DNA of 64,000 bases, from assembly GCA_038204425.1 (NCBI GenBank), contig JBBRCZ010000005.1:1-64000 (forward strand), given 5' to 3'. The translations under genes and the position numbers were made by a program. The stretch's first letter is position 1. The number at the start of each line of letters is the position of its first letter. Under the pieces are notes generated by a model. That model was not told where the DNA came from. It was given only the letters and a program-made list of their open reading frames with translations, and searched no databases. Positions 8,726 through 18,077 of this stretch are shown here, one piece after another. The DNA is from Spirochaetia bacterium (GTDB taxonomy: Bacteria; Spirochaetota; Spirochaetia; DSM-27196; Salinispiraceae).

Positions 8726-11656
8726 ATGAAAGCAACTAATGACAAGCAGTGGCACCGTAGAACGTGCGTTATTTGTTTGGTTTTTTTTCTGGCAATGAAC
8801 AGCCAAGTCTTTGGCCAGACAGTTTCTGAACTTGAAGATCAACGACAGCTCTGCGTAGACAAAATCAACGTAGCTCGCTCAATGGCGGGACTATCATTAA
8901 TAACCGTCGACCCAATACTCAGCGGCGCAGCACAGGAACATGCCAGTTATTTGCTTGTCAACAAAATAGATCCAAGGGACGACGTGCATACTCAGAACCC
9001 TCAGCTAAGAGGCGCTAGCCTTGCTGGGGCCAAGGCCGCTCAAGCGTCAATAATTATGGAAAAGGTGCCACCCAGCGACGTTATAGCCTTCCATTTGTCC
9101 ACACTTTTTCACAGGCTTCCTTTGTTAAACCCCGGTTTACGACGAGTTGGTATTGGTGCCGTCAAAGGAGAGCCCTGGGTCTGGGCGAGTGTGATTGATG
9201 TCCAAAGTGGCGTCGAAACAAGCAATTGGAAGCAAGCAATTTGGGTCCCTGGCAATCAAAGTCAAAATATACCAACTACTTTTGGTCTGGCGAGACCAGG
9301 TCTTGTGGTTCACGAGTCTCCCAACCCGCTCGGCGACGATCAAAGCGCGGGTTATCCGATAACCGTTACCTTTCCTAAGAAGACTATCATCGCCAAGGTT
9401 AGCTTTGAACTTCGCGGCCCCTTGGGTCCTGTTCCATGCTACCTGTTTTGGCCAGACAATCCCCCAGCTGGGATTCCCGGAAGCTACTTGTTTGATAGTA
9501 TCGGGGCAATACCCAAGGACCCCTTGAGCATTGACACCAAGTATATCGCAAACCTTGAGGCTCAGATCAATGGTCAACCCTACCAGCAAACAATAGAATT
9601 TACCACAGGCGACAACAGCAAAATTCCCAGCGTAGCTCCAACGGGTAGTCAAGATCCCGCGCATGCCTACTGGTTTCAAGACTCCCAGACTGATCTTTGG
9701 GGTCTGATGAACGTCTGGGGCCAGACCATACTCGATCCCCAATTTGACGCGGTGGAGTACTTTGAGCAGGCACGATCTGTCGTAAACAAAGGTGGCGAAG
9801 TCGACTTGGACGGGTCTGTTGCCGGTGGCAAATGGGGTGTAGTGAGCACCAACGGTGCTATCCTTGTTGCGCCGCGCTATGATGATCTCTTAAGTTATGT
9901 AGATGGTCGGGCACGATTTAGAAATCAAGGCAGCTGGGGTTTCTTGGATTTGACCGGCAACGCCATTATACCGGCGAGCTTCCAAGAAACTCGAGATTTC
10001 TCTCAAGGACTTGCAGCGGTAAAAAAGAATCAATTGTGGGGGTTTGTGGATCTGTCCGGCAAACAAAACATTCCGTTCTCCTATCAAGCTGCTGACAGAT
10101 TTTATGAAGGTCTTGCGGCAGTCAAAATTGACCAGAAGTATGGCTACATTGATAGTAACAACAAGCTGATAATAGCAGCCGCGTTCGACCTAGCCCGGCC
10201 TTTTTCTGAGGGTTTTGCGCCCGTAAAGCTGGGTCAAAAATGGGGCCTGATAAACAAAACAGGGGCCGTCGTCGTCAGTGCTCGCTTTGATGGCATTCAA
10301 GCAGTTAAAGAAGCCCACATGGTGGTTACCATCGCCGGCAAACAGGGCCTGGCAGATACCCAAGGCAACCTAATAATTGCAGCCGAAAACCGCCGCGTCG
10401 AAGATATGAGTGACGGCATGGTAGTAGTAGAAAAGCCCAACTACCACCTGGTTTACTATGACAGAACCGGCAAACAAGTTGGTCAGCGCTTCATTTGGGC
10501 CCAGCCTTTTGTCAACGGCAGAGCTGCAGTTTCCCAAAGCAGAATTTCAGGCTTTGTCGACAAGAGCGGCGCTTGGATTCTGGAAACTAACAAGTTTTTG
10601 CACATCCAAGAATTTCAGGGTGATCTAGCTCGAGCAAGTGTTAACGATATGGACCAGATTATTGACGATTCTGGCAAGGTACTTTGGTATGGCGATATAA
10701 ACAGCATTAGTCATAGCTCTAGCGGCCAAGAAGTGCTTGCCTACAATGGACTCAAGCCAGGTTTCCTGCGACAAGATGGCACATGGGCACTGAGCGATCT
10801 TTCCAGTTATTCGGTCTCCTCCTTTTCCAATAATCTGGCCGTCTTCACTGATAAGAAGCGAAAGGTTGGTTTTATTGGACTTGACGGTACCATTAAGATT
10901 GCTGCTCAGTTTGACGATGCAAAAAACTTTGGTAATGGTCTTGCACCTGTGAAAATTGCTAAGCTTTGGGGCTACTGCGACAGTTCTGGCCAGATGCGTA
11001 TACCTGCTCATTACGACTTTGCAAGTACCCATGTCGGAAACTTCGCCATTGTAAGGAAGGATGAGCTCAGTGGAGTCATTGATTTAAACAATAACTTTGT
11101 AATTGCCCTTGCCAAACGCAGCTTTGAACCACGCTTAACCAGCACAGGGCCGGAGGGTTGGTTTGTCGTCAAAGAAAATGGAAGAGCCGGTTTTATGGAT
11201 GCCCAAGGTCAATGGCAAATCCGACCTACTTTTCTTGATGCAAAGCCATTTACCCAAGGGCGCGCCGCCGTTAGGCTTGGATCCGACTGGGGCTACATAG
11301 ACGACAAGGGCAGTCTTGTGGTCAAACCAAGCTACGTCTTTGCACTGCCCTATTGCGAGGGCTATGCCATGGTAAAAAAGGGTAGCAAGGTTGGATACCT
11401 AGACCTCAACGGTAAAGTCGCCATTCCCCTTGAGTTTGAAATGGGCCAGAATGTCGTCGCCAACCGAGTCTGGCTAGCGATAGAAAACAACGTTTTAGGC
11501 ACGCGTTGGGGACTGGCCGACCTGCAAGGAAACTGGATAATTCCACCGCGCTTTGACAGTGTTATGGCAACTTGGAAAGGTGGTGCTGCGGTGCGAGTAC
11601 GCGATGGACTATCCTGTTATATTGACAAGAATCTTAGGATCATTAGGCAGTGGTAG
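8726..11656 (+). CDS. Exported CAP (SCP) domain + WG-repeat protein
   Basis: Signal peptide; CAP signature (INVARSMAGL..AAQEHASY..FHRLPLLNPGLRRVGIG); many ~35-aa repeats of type WGFVDLSG..FSEGFAPVK; start taken at ATG 8726 after GAGG. Confidence 0.85.
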   Translation: MKATNDKQWHRRTCVICLVFFLAMNSQVFGQTVSELEDQRQLCVDKINVARSMAGLSLITVDPILSGAAQEHASYLLVNKIDPRDDVHTQNPQLRGASLAGAKAAQASIIMEKVPPSDVIAFHLSTLFHRLPLLNPGLRRVGIGAVKGEPWVWASVIDVQSGVETSNWKQAIWVPGNQSQNIPTTFGLARPGLVVHESPNPLGDDQSAGYPITVTFPKKTIIAKVSFELRGPLGPVPCYLFWPDNPPAGIPGSYLFDSIGAIPKDPLSIDTKYIANLEAQINGQPYQQTIEFTTGDNSKIPSVAPTGSQDPAHAYWFQDSQTDLWGLMNVWGQTILDPQFDAVEYFEQARSVVNKGGEVDLDGSVAGGKWGVVSTNGAILVAPRYDDLLSYVDGRARFRNQGSWGFLDLTGNAIIPASFQETRDFSQGLAAVKKNQLWGFVDLSGKQNIPFSYQAADRFYEGLAAVKIDQKYGYIDSNNKLIIAAAFDLARPFSEGFAPVKLGQKWGLINKTGAVVVSARFDGIQAVKEAHMVVTIAGKQGLADTQGNLIIAAENRRVEDMSDGMVVVEKPNYHLVYYDRTGKQVGQRFIWAQPFVNGRAAVSQSRISGFVDKSGAWILETNKFLHIQEFQGDLARASVNDMDQIIDDSGKVLWYGDINSISHSSSGQEVLAYNGLKPGFLRQDGTWALSDLSSYSVSSFSNNLAVFTDKKRKVGFIGLDGTIKIAAQFDDAKNFGNGLAPVKIAKLWGYCDSSGQMRIPAHYDFASTHVGNFAIVRKDELSGVIDLNNNFVIALAKRSFEPRLTSTGPEGWFVVKENGRAGFMDAQGQWQIRPTFLDAKPFTQGRAAVRLGSDWGYIDDKGSLVVKPSYVFALPYCEGYAMVKKGSKVGYLDLNGKVAIPLEFEMGQNVVANRVWLAIENNVLGTRWGLADLQGNWIIPPRFDSVMATWKGGAAVRVRDGLSCYIDKNLRIIRQW

Positions 11657-11675
11657 ACTGCAGTTCAAAGCTGCC

Positions 11676-12257
11676 TTAGAAAAGCTTGCTCACACTCACC
11701 ACTACGCTGGCTATTCTGACAGCTTCCCACACCATTGCCTCGGTTGCGCCCTCGGCAAGCACTGACTGCTCGTGAGAATTAACGCAGGCCTCACAGCCAT
11801 TTACTGCACTAACCGCCAAGCTTGCCAGCTCAAAAAACTGCTTGCCCGAAACGGGTTTTACCATAATGTTCATGCGCAAACGAGCTGGACTCTTTTGGTA
11901 GCTTTCTTTGCCCACAAAATGCCTAAAGCGATAGAGCACGTTGTTGGCAGACAAGAGACTGGCACAGGAAGCCATCTCGGCAATCTCTTCTGCGCTTGCA
12001 CCGGCCTTGCTAGCCAGACCCGCAAAGCCATCAACTAAAGCCGTACAGCGCTGGTTTACTGCAATCGCGTAGGCGATCAAACTTGACTGCTTGGCATCGA
12101 GTGCCTCAGATACAAGAATGCTTTTGAGATTGAGCTTGCTGTCTTTTATCCAGCTTGACTGCCCGGCAAGCAGGACTAGGCTGGCTGCCGTTTTTTCTTG
12201 CGCAGCTAGGCCAAGTTCTTGTGTCAGTTCATCAAAACTTTCTTCAAATTCACTCAT
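11676..12257 (-). CDS. ahpD: Alkyl hydroperoxide reductase AhpD
   Basis: ELASLAVSAVNGCEACVNSH (CxxC..H); directly downstream of ahpC. Confidence 0.9.
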   Translation of the reverse strand: MSEFEESFDELTQELGLAAQEKTAASLVLLAGQSSWIKDSKLNLKSILVSEALDAKQSSLIAYAIAVNQRCTALVDGFAGLASKAGASAEEIAEMASCASLLSANNVLYRFRHFVGKESYQKSPARLRMNIMVKPVSGKQFFELASLAVSAVNGCEACVNSHEQSVLAEGATEAMVWEAVRIASVVVSVSKLF

Positions 12258-12276
12258 AGTGTATTGCTCACTTTAT

Positions 12277-12304
12277 AAAAAAATAGCCGGGCACAGGCCC
12301 GGCT
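12277..12304 (-). terminator. Intrinsic terminator-like hairpin between ahpC and ahpD
   Basis: Stem AGCCGGGC/GCCCGGCT with 4-nt loop, followed on the minus strand by a T tract. Confidence 0.65.
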
Positions 12305-12323
12305 TCAAAAAAAAACGACAGCG

Positions 12324-12866
12324 TTAAGCGGAAAGTGTCTTCTGGCCTTTTTCCCAGTTGCAGGGGCACAACTCGTCGGTCTGCAAAGCATCAAGGGTGC
12401 GAACCACTTCCTTAACGTTGCGGCCAACATTCAAGTCATTTACGCTTACCCAGCGAATAATTCCTTCTGGATCAACGATAAAGGTGGCTCGGTACGCAAT
12501 CTTTTCTTCACTTTGCAAGATACCCAAGTCTCCTGCCAAACTTTTTGAGGTGTCGGCCAAGAGAGGAAACTTGAGACCCTTAAGGTCTTCATGATTGTTG
12601 CGCCATGCCAAGTGTGCAAACTCTGAGTCGGTGCTTGCACCAAGCAAGATTGCATCTCGGTCCTTAAAATCTCCGGCATGCTTGTTAAACTCTGCAATTT
12701 CTGTTGGACAAACAAAGGTGAAATCTTTTGGATACCAAAAAATTACCAGCCATTTTTTTTGTTTAATATGATCTTCGCTGCTGATGGTGGCAAACTCTTT
12801 ATCCTTCTCGAGGGATACAACTGCCTTTTTTGAAAACTTTGGAAACTTGTCGCCGATGCTTAACAT
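12324..12866 (-). CDS. ahpC: Peroxiredoxin AhpC
   Basis: YPKDFTFVCPTE peroxidatic motif; ELCPCNW resolving motif; AAGGAG RBS. Confidence 0.96.
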   Translation of the reverse strand: MLSIGDKFPKFSKKAVVSLEKDKEFATISSEDHIKQKKWLVIFWYPKDFTFVCPTEIAEFNKHAGDFKDRDAILLGASTDSEFAHLAWRNNHEDLKGLKFPLLADTSKSLAGDLGILQSEEKIAYRATFIVDPEGIIRWVSVNDLNVGRNVKEVVRTLDALQTDELCPCNWEKGQKTLSA

Positions 12867-12879
12867 TTTGGCTCCTTAT

Positions 12880-12928
12880 TAAGAATAATTCTTTATATAA
12901 ATGTAACGAGAAGACCCACAAATGACAA
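12880..12928 (-). promoter_or_regulatory. ahpC sigma-70 promoter with PerR/Fur-like operator
   Basis: Minus strand TTGTCA(12928-12923)-N17-TACATT(12905-12900); palindrome AAGAAT-A-ATTCTT at 12881-12893 over the predicted start site. Confidence 0.6.
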
Positions 12929-13006
12929 GTCAAAGCTGAGCGCCGACTTGTGATTTGCTTGCAGCGTGCCAAGTGGCCGTGCTATGCACATAGCAAGTGA
13001 GGATCG

Positions 13007-14020
13007 ATGGCCCAAGATGATTTCTTAAGTCTTAGTTTTTTTACCTCAAGCACCGAGTCGGGTCTTAGCTTGGAGTCGCTAGTCTTAGATCGAATAGCAA
13101 ACGAACTCTCCCAGGCCAAGCCGACCATGCAGGTATCAAAACATAGAATTCGCAGTTTAATCATGGCCGGCTGTGTGCAAGTCGACCAAAAGCCAGTGCG
13201 AAATCCCAAGCTACTAATTGCTCAACGCATCAAAGTGTCAGTCGCCTGTGATTCAAGTCGATTTTTTGCCGTTAAGGCACTGGAAGACACAGCCTTTGCC
13301 CTAACCAAAAAAAGCATAGTCTACGAGGACGTAGACATTCTCGTCATTAATAAGCCGGCTGGCATCCCAAGTGATGCTAGTTTTGTGCAAAGTCGAGATC
13401 ATGCTTTGGCTGCTACAAAACGTTATTTGAGTTTGCGCGATAAGATAGAGCAGCCTTACTTAATCTTGCACCATCGCTTAGACAAAGACAGTTCGGGGCT
13501 CTTGCTTTTTAGCAAAAACACGGCGGCCAACCCCGGTCTGCACCAGCTATTTGTCCAACACCAGATACAAAAAACTTACCGTGCGCTTTGCCCAACACCC
13601 ACAAAATCGAGTCAGATTCCCGACCAGCTAATGTCGGGCGAGACCTTTAGATTAAGTAAGCAAGTCGCAAGGGTCAGTCCAAAAAGCCAAGCAGCCAAAT
13701 GGGGCATAGTTTTAGAAAATGGCGAGCTGGCAATTACCGACTTTAGACTACTGCAATCAAGTGGCATGATGCTCGAGTTTGAGGCGCAGCCACTTACCGG
13801 CCGTACCCACCAAATCAGGGTTCACTTAGCCAGCTGCGCCCTACCAATCTTGGGGGACACCCTCTATGGTGGCGCCGCAAGTCTGGCTGGTATGCCAATT
13901 GCTCGCCATATGCTTCATTCATGCAAGCTCGAATTTAAACATCCACTCACTGCAAAGCCTTTGATTATTGAGGCGCCACTTCCAGCTGATTTTATTGCTT
14001 GTAGACAACGCTTTTTTTGA
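13007..14020 (+). CDS. RluA family RNA pseudouridine synthase
   Basis: INKPAG, HRLDKDSSG, TGRTHQIRVHL, ILGDTLYG; S4-like N-terminus. Confidence 0.93.
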   Translation: MAQDDFLSLSFFTSSTESGLSLESLVLDRIANELSQAKPTMQVSKHRIRSLIMAGCVQVDQKPVRNPKLLIAQRIKVSVACDSSRFFAVKALEDTAFALTKKSIVYEDVDILVINKPAGIPSDASFVQSRDHALAATKRYLSLRDKIEQPYLILHHRLDKDSSGLLLFSKNTAANPGLHQLFVQHQIQKTYRALCPTPTKSSQIPDQLMSGETFRLSKQVARVSPKSQAAKWGIVLENGELAITDFRLLQSSGMMLEFEAQPLTGRTHQIRVHLASCALPILGDTLYGGAASLAGMPIARHMLHSCKLEFKHPLTAKPLIIEAPLPADFIACRQRFF

Positions 14021-14357
14021 CCTTGGCTTTGCTCTTGCTCTGAATACACTCATACGAGTGACAAACAAGCCACTGTATCTTCTCGTCGGAAATCGTGCCG
14101 TCGACGGTCAGCGTATTCCAGTGGCGCTTGTTCATATGATACCCGGCTTGTATCTGCTGCGGCCAAGTGCGCCGCAGATCAAGCGCCAAGTCTGGATCAC
14201 ACTTTAGATTGACGTTAAATACCATGCCTTGTGTCTTATCACACAAGGCAAAAATCTTACCGCCAAGGCGAAAAACCTCAGTTGTGGCATCAAAGGGGAA
14301 GTCACTCGTTGTTTGTGGCAGTTCCAGACATAGATCGCGAAATTCAAGAATGTTCAA
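13992..14357 (-). CDS. MmcQ/YjbR family protein
   Basis: PFD..VFRLGGKIFA, NLKCDP, GYHMNKRHWNT; start placed at TTG 14357 after GAGG. Confidence 0.88.
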   Translation of the reverse strand: MNILEFRDLCLELPQTTSDFPFDATTEVFRLGGKIFALCDKTQGMVFNVNLKCDPDLALDLRRTWPQQIQAGYHMNKRHWNTLTVDGTISDEKIQWLVCHSYECIQSKSKAKVKKSVVYKQ

Positions 14358-14379
14358 ACCTAGTTCCTCTAGTGCGCTG

Positions 14380-15318
14380 TTACTTAGCAAAGGATGCGAG
14401 TGTTGCTTTTATGCCTTGGTCATACGCTGTCACGGCAAACTGCGGATACTTTTTTTCAAACTTGGCGCTCGAAAATACATAGTCGGTAGTGGTTTGGTAG
14501 CCCATTTCTGCGACCTCGCCTAAAATCGGAATAAATAAAGCGAGAATTTTGAGCAAAAACTTTGGCAGTATTTGTATGCCTTTGGGAGCATTGAGTTTGT
14601 CAGCAAATAGGTCAAGAAATTCTGCGTTGCTATAGCTCGCCGGTCCGGTAGGAAGGTGCCAGGCTTGTCCATAGGCACTAGCATCTGTCGCAAGCTGGAC
14701 CAAAGCTCGGCCCGCATCGGGAACGTAGGTGTAGCTATGCTTGGAATGAGGATTGCCAATGAACTGGGCCTTCTTGCCAACCAGAAGGTTTTCCAACGCG
14801 CTAGCGTACATGATGCTATTGGTGACATTGGGGCCATAAAAGTCAGCTGATCGTCCAATTACTACGCTGACCTCGCCTCTCTGATGCGCAGACAGCAAGC
14901 GGTCTGCAATTTGCTTTCGAACCGCACCTTTTTTAGATGGTGGATTCTGAGGGTGATCTTCGGTAATTGGATTTTCCAAAGGAGCGGGTCCATACATGTA
15001 TATATTGTCAAAGAAGGCGATTTTGAAGCCGTTGGCTTTTGAGGCAGAAATTACGTTCTCAATTATCAACGGCCACTGTTTTCTCCATATTTTGAGATCG
15101 TACGGCACGCCCAGAGTTATATAGAGATGTGAAACTCCCTTGGTAATGGCCAATAGACTTGCCGCGTCTGATGCATCCGCAAATAAGAAATGTTCGCCAG
15201 TACCAGGATCGTGGCGCCCCGCTATAGTGTACTTGTGCCCGCGTGCTGCAAGTTCTACGGCGACCGCTTTGCCTATGTTGCCATAGCCTAGAACTAGGTG
15301 TGAATGTGCATTGCTCAT
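14380..15318 (-). CDS. NAD-dependent epimerase/dehydratase family protein
   Basis: VLGYGNIG Rossmann motif, DNIYMYG, RSADFYGP. Confidence 0.88.
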   Translation of the reverse strand: MSNAHSHLVLGYGNIGKAVAVELAARGHKYTIAGRHDPGTGEHFLFADASDAASLLAITKGVSHLYITLGVPYDLKIWRKQWPLIIENVISASKANGFKIAFFDNIYMYGPAPLENPITEDHPQNPPSKKGAVRKQIADRLLSAHQRGEVSVVIGRSADFYGPNVTNSIMYASALENLLVGKKAQFIGNPHSKHSYTYVPDAGRALVQLATDASAYGQAWHLPTGPASYSNAEFLDLFADKLNAPKGIQILPKFLLKILALFIPILGEVAEMGYQTTTDYVFSSAKFEKKYPQFAVTAYDQGIKATLASFAK

Positions 15319-15740
15319 GACTGCTCCTTTATAAGTAGGTCTCTAATTTTTGTATTCATGTCAGTGTACTGTACGGTATCGACACCAGCACGAACTAGTT
15401 TCTGCAGAAAGTCTTCCTCTAAGGCCTTGGCCGCTACGGTTACCAGACTATCGCCTGCTTCGGTCAGCGTCACAAGACGTTTGCGCTGGTGGCTTGGATC
15501 CACTATTACTTTGACGTAACCGGCAGTTGTCAACTTGGCGAGCAATTTACTAACCGCGGCGTCAGAATAGCTGAGACAACTGGCTAAATCGTGCTGGCTG
15601 ACCGGCTGTACCGGCTGTAAAGTAACCATTAGCAAAAACCAACTGAAAGAAATGCCAAACTCGGCTCTTAGCCGTCGTTCGGCATGTTGATTCATGAGCC
15701 AGACCATTTCGCTGACTAAAAATGTTACCGGCTTATCCAT
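15315..15740 (-). CDS. MarR family transcriptional regulator
   Basis: wHTH with SQHDLA..AAVSKLLAKL..GYV..DPSHQRKRLVTLTEAG; ATGA overlap with the epimerase gene. Confidence 0.9.
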   Translation of the reverse strand: MDKPVTFLVSEMVWLMNQHAERRLRAEFGISFSWFLLMVTLQPVQPVSQHDLASCLSYSDAAVSKLLAKLTTAGYVKVIVDPSHQRKRLVTLTEAGDSLVTVAAKALEEDFLQKLVRAGVDTVQYTDMNTKIRDLLIKEQS

Positions 15741-15746
15741 GCAGTA

Positions 15747-15778
15747 ATATTAACTAGTTAATCTTAACTAGTCAAGAT
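15747..15778 (-). promoter_or_regulatory. marR promoter overlapped by two palindromic operators
   Basis: TTGACT(15775-15770)-N17-TAATAT(15752-15747); perfect palindrome ATTAACTAGTTAAT (15749-15762) and near-palindrome ATCTTAACTAGTCAAGAT (15761-15778). Confidence 0.75.
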
Positions 15779-15927
15779 ATATTCGCGGGTTCGTTACTCG
15801 CAGTCTGCTGCAATGTGCTATAGCTGTCTATTTGGTGCTCTGGTGGCCCATTTATGATAAGCAAACTGCTTGACCATAGTTAAATCATCCAATAAATCGT
15901 ACGCTATCGTCACGAAGAGAGGTCACT

Positions 15928-17103
15928 ATGCCAGAACAAGGATTTTCTACAAGGTCGTTACATGCAGGTGAAGATGCCGACCTCAACATGGTAAGCCGAC
16001 CAAAAACTATGCCCATCTACGAAACATCGGTTTTCGTTTACGACAATCTTGCCCAAGCTGACGACTTCTCTTCGGGCAATCCTGATAACTTTATGTATAC
16101 ACGCTTGGGCAACCCCAATCAGCGCGCGCTGGAAATCTGGGCCGCGGAGATGGAGTCCGGTGCCGACGCTGTTTGTTGCGCCAGCGGCATGGCGGCTTTG
16201 ATGGCCGTCATCGCCTCAGAATGTGGTGCGGGCGACAAAGTCGCCGCTGCGCAAGAAATCTATGGTGGAACACAAAGTTTGCTTTCAAAGGAACTTGAGC
16301 GATTTGGTATAGAAGTCTATTTTTTAAATTCCCACCATACCGAAGCCATTTCGGCCGAACTCAGGCCAGCAACTAAAATACTGCTCGTTGAAACCGCATC
16401 GAACCCCTTGGTCAAATTGGCCAACATTCCCTTGCTAGCAAAAGCTGCGCACTCTGTCGGGACCAAATTAGTCGTAGACAATACGTTTTTGTCGCCGGTC
16501 TTGTTTCAGCCGCTTAAACACGGAGCTGACGCGGTCATTCATTCAACTACAAAATACATTAATGGCCATAGCGACGCGACGGGCGGATTAGTAATCGCCG
16601 ATGCTGACTGGGTAAGCCGCGCTCGGCGCTTTGTACACAACGGCGGAGCAAGCTTGAGCCCGTTTGAGGCCTGGCTGACCATGCGTGGAGCCAAAACCCT
16701 GGCACTCAGAATGGAACGACATGTTGCCAATGCCCAAAAAATTGCAGAATGGCTTCAAACTCGGCCAGGTGTGGTCCGTGTTCATTTTCCTGGACTAGAA
16801 AGTCATGCACAACACTTGTTGGCGCGTACACTCTTCCACAAAGGTACAGGAGGCATTTTGAGTTTTGACCTGCGTGGAGGACTTGCCGCGGCGGACGAGC
16901 TTGTTCAGACACTCAAAATGATTAAATTTGCACCATCGCTGGCTGGTGTAAGTACCACGATTTCCCATCCTGCTAAAACCAGCCATCGCTCCTACAGTTC
17001 AGAATCACTTGCCAAACTTGGAATTACAGCAGGCACAATTCGACTTAGCGTAGGAATCGAAGACCTATTAGATATTATTGCTGACTTGAGCCGGGCCATA
17101 TAA
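15928..17103 (+). CDS. PLP-dependent transsulfuration enzyme (cystathionine gamma-synthase / methionine gamma-lyase family)
   Basis: YTRLGNPN, ASGMAA, VVDNTF, HSTTKYINGHSD (PLP lysine), IRLSVGIED. Confidence 0.92.
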   Translation: MPEQGFSTRSLHAGEDADLNMVSRPKTMPIYETSVFVYDNLAQADDFSSGNPDNFMYTRLGNPNQRALEIWAAEMESGADAVCCASGMAALMAVIASECGAGDKVAAAQEIYGGTQSLLSKELERFGIEVYFLNSHHTEAISAELRPATKILLVETASNPLVKLANIPLLAKAAHSVGTKLVVDNTFLSPVLFQPLKHGADAVIHSTTKYINGHSDATGGLVIADADWVSRARRFVHNGGASLSPFEAWLTMRGAKTLALRMERHVANAQKIAEWLQTRPGVVRVHFPGLESHAQHLLARTLFHKGTGGILSFDLRGGLAAADELVQTLKMIKFAPSLAGVSTTISHPAKTSHRSYSSESLAKLGITAGTIRLSVGIEDLLDIIADLSRAI

Positions 17104-17181
17104 AATAGTGAGATTTTTTGTTGTAGTCAGCTAAACTAATTTGGTTTACCTTCTAGTTACACGCCACACAAAGGATAAACC

Positions 17182-18045
17182 ATGGACACTAAAGTATTTG
17201 AATCGCTGGACGAGCCAATTCGATCACACATAGATGCTCTGTCAAAAGCCCCTGAGACCCCAAAACTAAACGACATTCGGGAGCTGCTTGCAATCAACTG
17301 GACAGAAAAATTTGAGCTTTTTGTTTCTCAAAGCCATTTGCTTGCTATGCACGAACTCAATGAACTTGAGAACTCTGACGACCGCGGTCTGATTGCATTG
17401 ACGTATTCGGGCTCACTTGTAAGCATCGGGCCACGTAGGAACAAGGGACGTTGGATCGAATATGTCTCTATCCACCAGCGCGCTGACGTACCAGAAATTG
17501 TCTCGAGTCACGACATTGATTTCAATGGTCAAGTAAAACTTGGGCTTCCTCTTTTGTTTAACGGTGGCCCGCTCAAAGAAACGTCGCCGGTCTTTCGCCT
17601 GGCCGTCTGTGCGGCCGACGTATCCGCCGAGGACCAAGACAAGCGTATTCGCGAAGCGGCTATTTTCTTAACCAATGGATTTATGAAGATTAACCGTGGC
17701 CTGTCAGAACATCGCGAAAAATCAGCTGACCAATTTACCATCAAAGGCATTGCCTCTTACTTGGCTCGCAAGAACGACATTACCGTAGCCTTGGCCAGAA
17801 AACTGATGGAAGATTATCTATCTACTATAGAATCGGGTCTGCTTTTGGGTGAACGTGTTTCGTTTGGCAAGCTTGGTCAGGCTCAGCTAAAGAGCAAACC
17901 AGCGCAAAAAGCTCGTATTCTCAAGAACCCAAAAACCCAAGCGGAAGTGCTTGTCGCGGCCAAACCAGAAACAGCTGTTCCGCATTTTTCGTTCTCATCA
18001 AATCTCAAAGAAAAAGCTCTTACTGTCGATCCAAGCAAACTATGA
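17182..18045 (+). CDS. Protein with unknown N-terminal domain and C-terminal HU/IHF-like DNA-binding domain
   Basis: C-terminal GERVSFGKLG..KARILKNPKTQAEVLVAAK..PHFSFSSNLKE fits the HU fold. Confidence 0.75.
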   Translation: MDTKVFESLDEPIRSHIDALSKAPETPKLNDIRELLAINWTEKFELFVSQSHLLAMHELNELENSDDRGLIALTYSGSLVSIGPRRNKGRWIEYVSIHQRADVPEIVSSHDIDFNGQVKLGLPLLFNGGPLKETSPVFRLAVCAADVSAEDQDKRIREAAIFLTNGFMKINRGLSEHREKSADQFTIKGIASYLARKNDITVALARKLMEDYLSTIESGLLLGERVSFGKLGQAQLKSKPAQKARILKNPKTQAEVLVAAKPETAVPHFSFSSNLKEKALTVDPSKL

Positions 18046-18060
18046 TGTTTGCTTGGATCG
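18027..18060. terminator. 14-bp hairpin between convergent genes
   Basis: CGATCCAAGCAAAC-TATGAT-GTTTGCTTGGATCG; no U tract. Confidence 0.5.
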
Positions 18061-18077
18061 CAGGCAGATCTTCTAGT

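Noticed and set aside
15780..15927. Possible SAM riboswitch or T-box before the transsulfuration gene
   Set aside because: No consensus elements or terminator visible; an Rfam scan would settle it.
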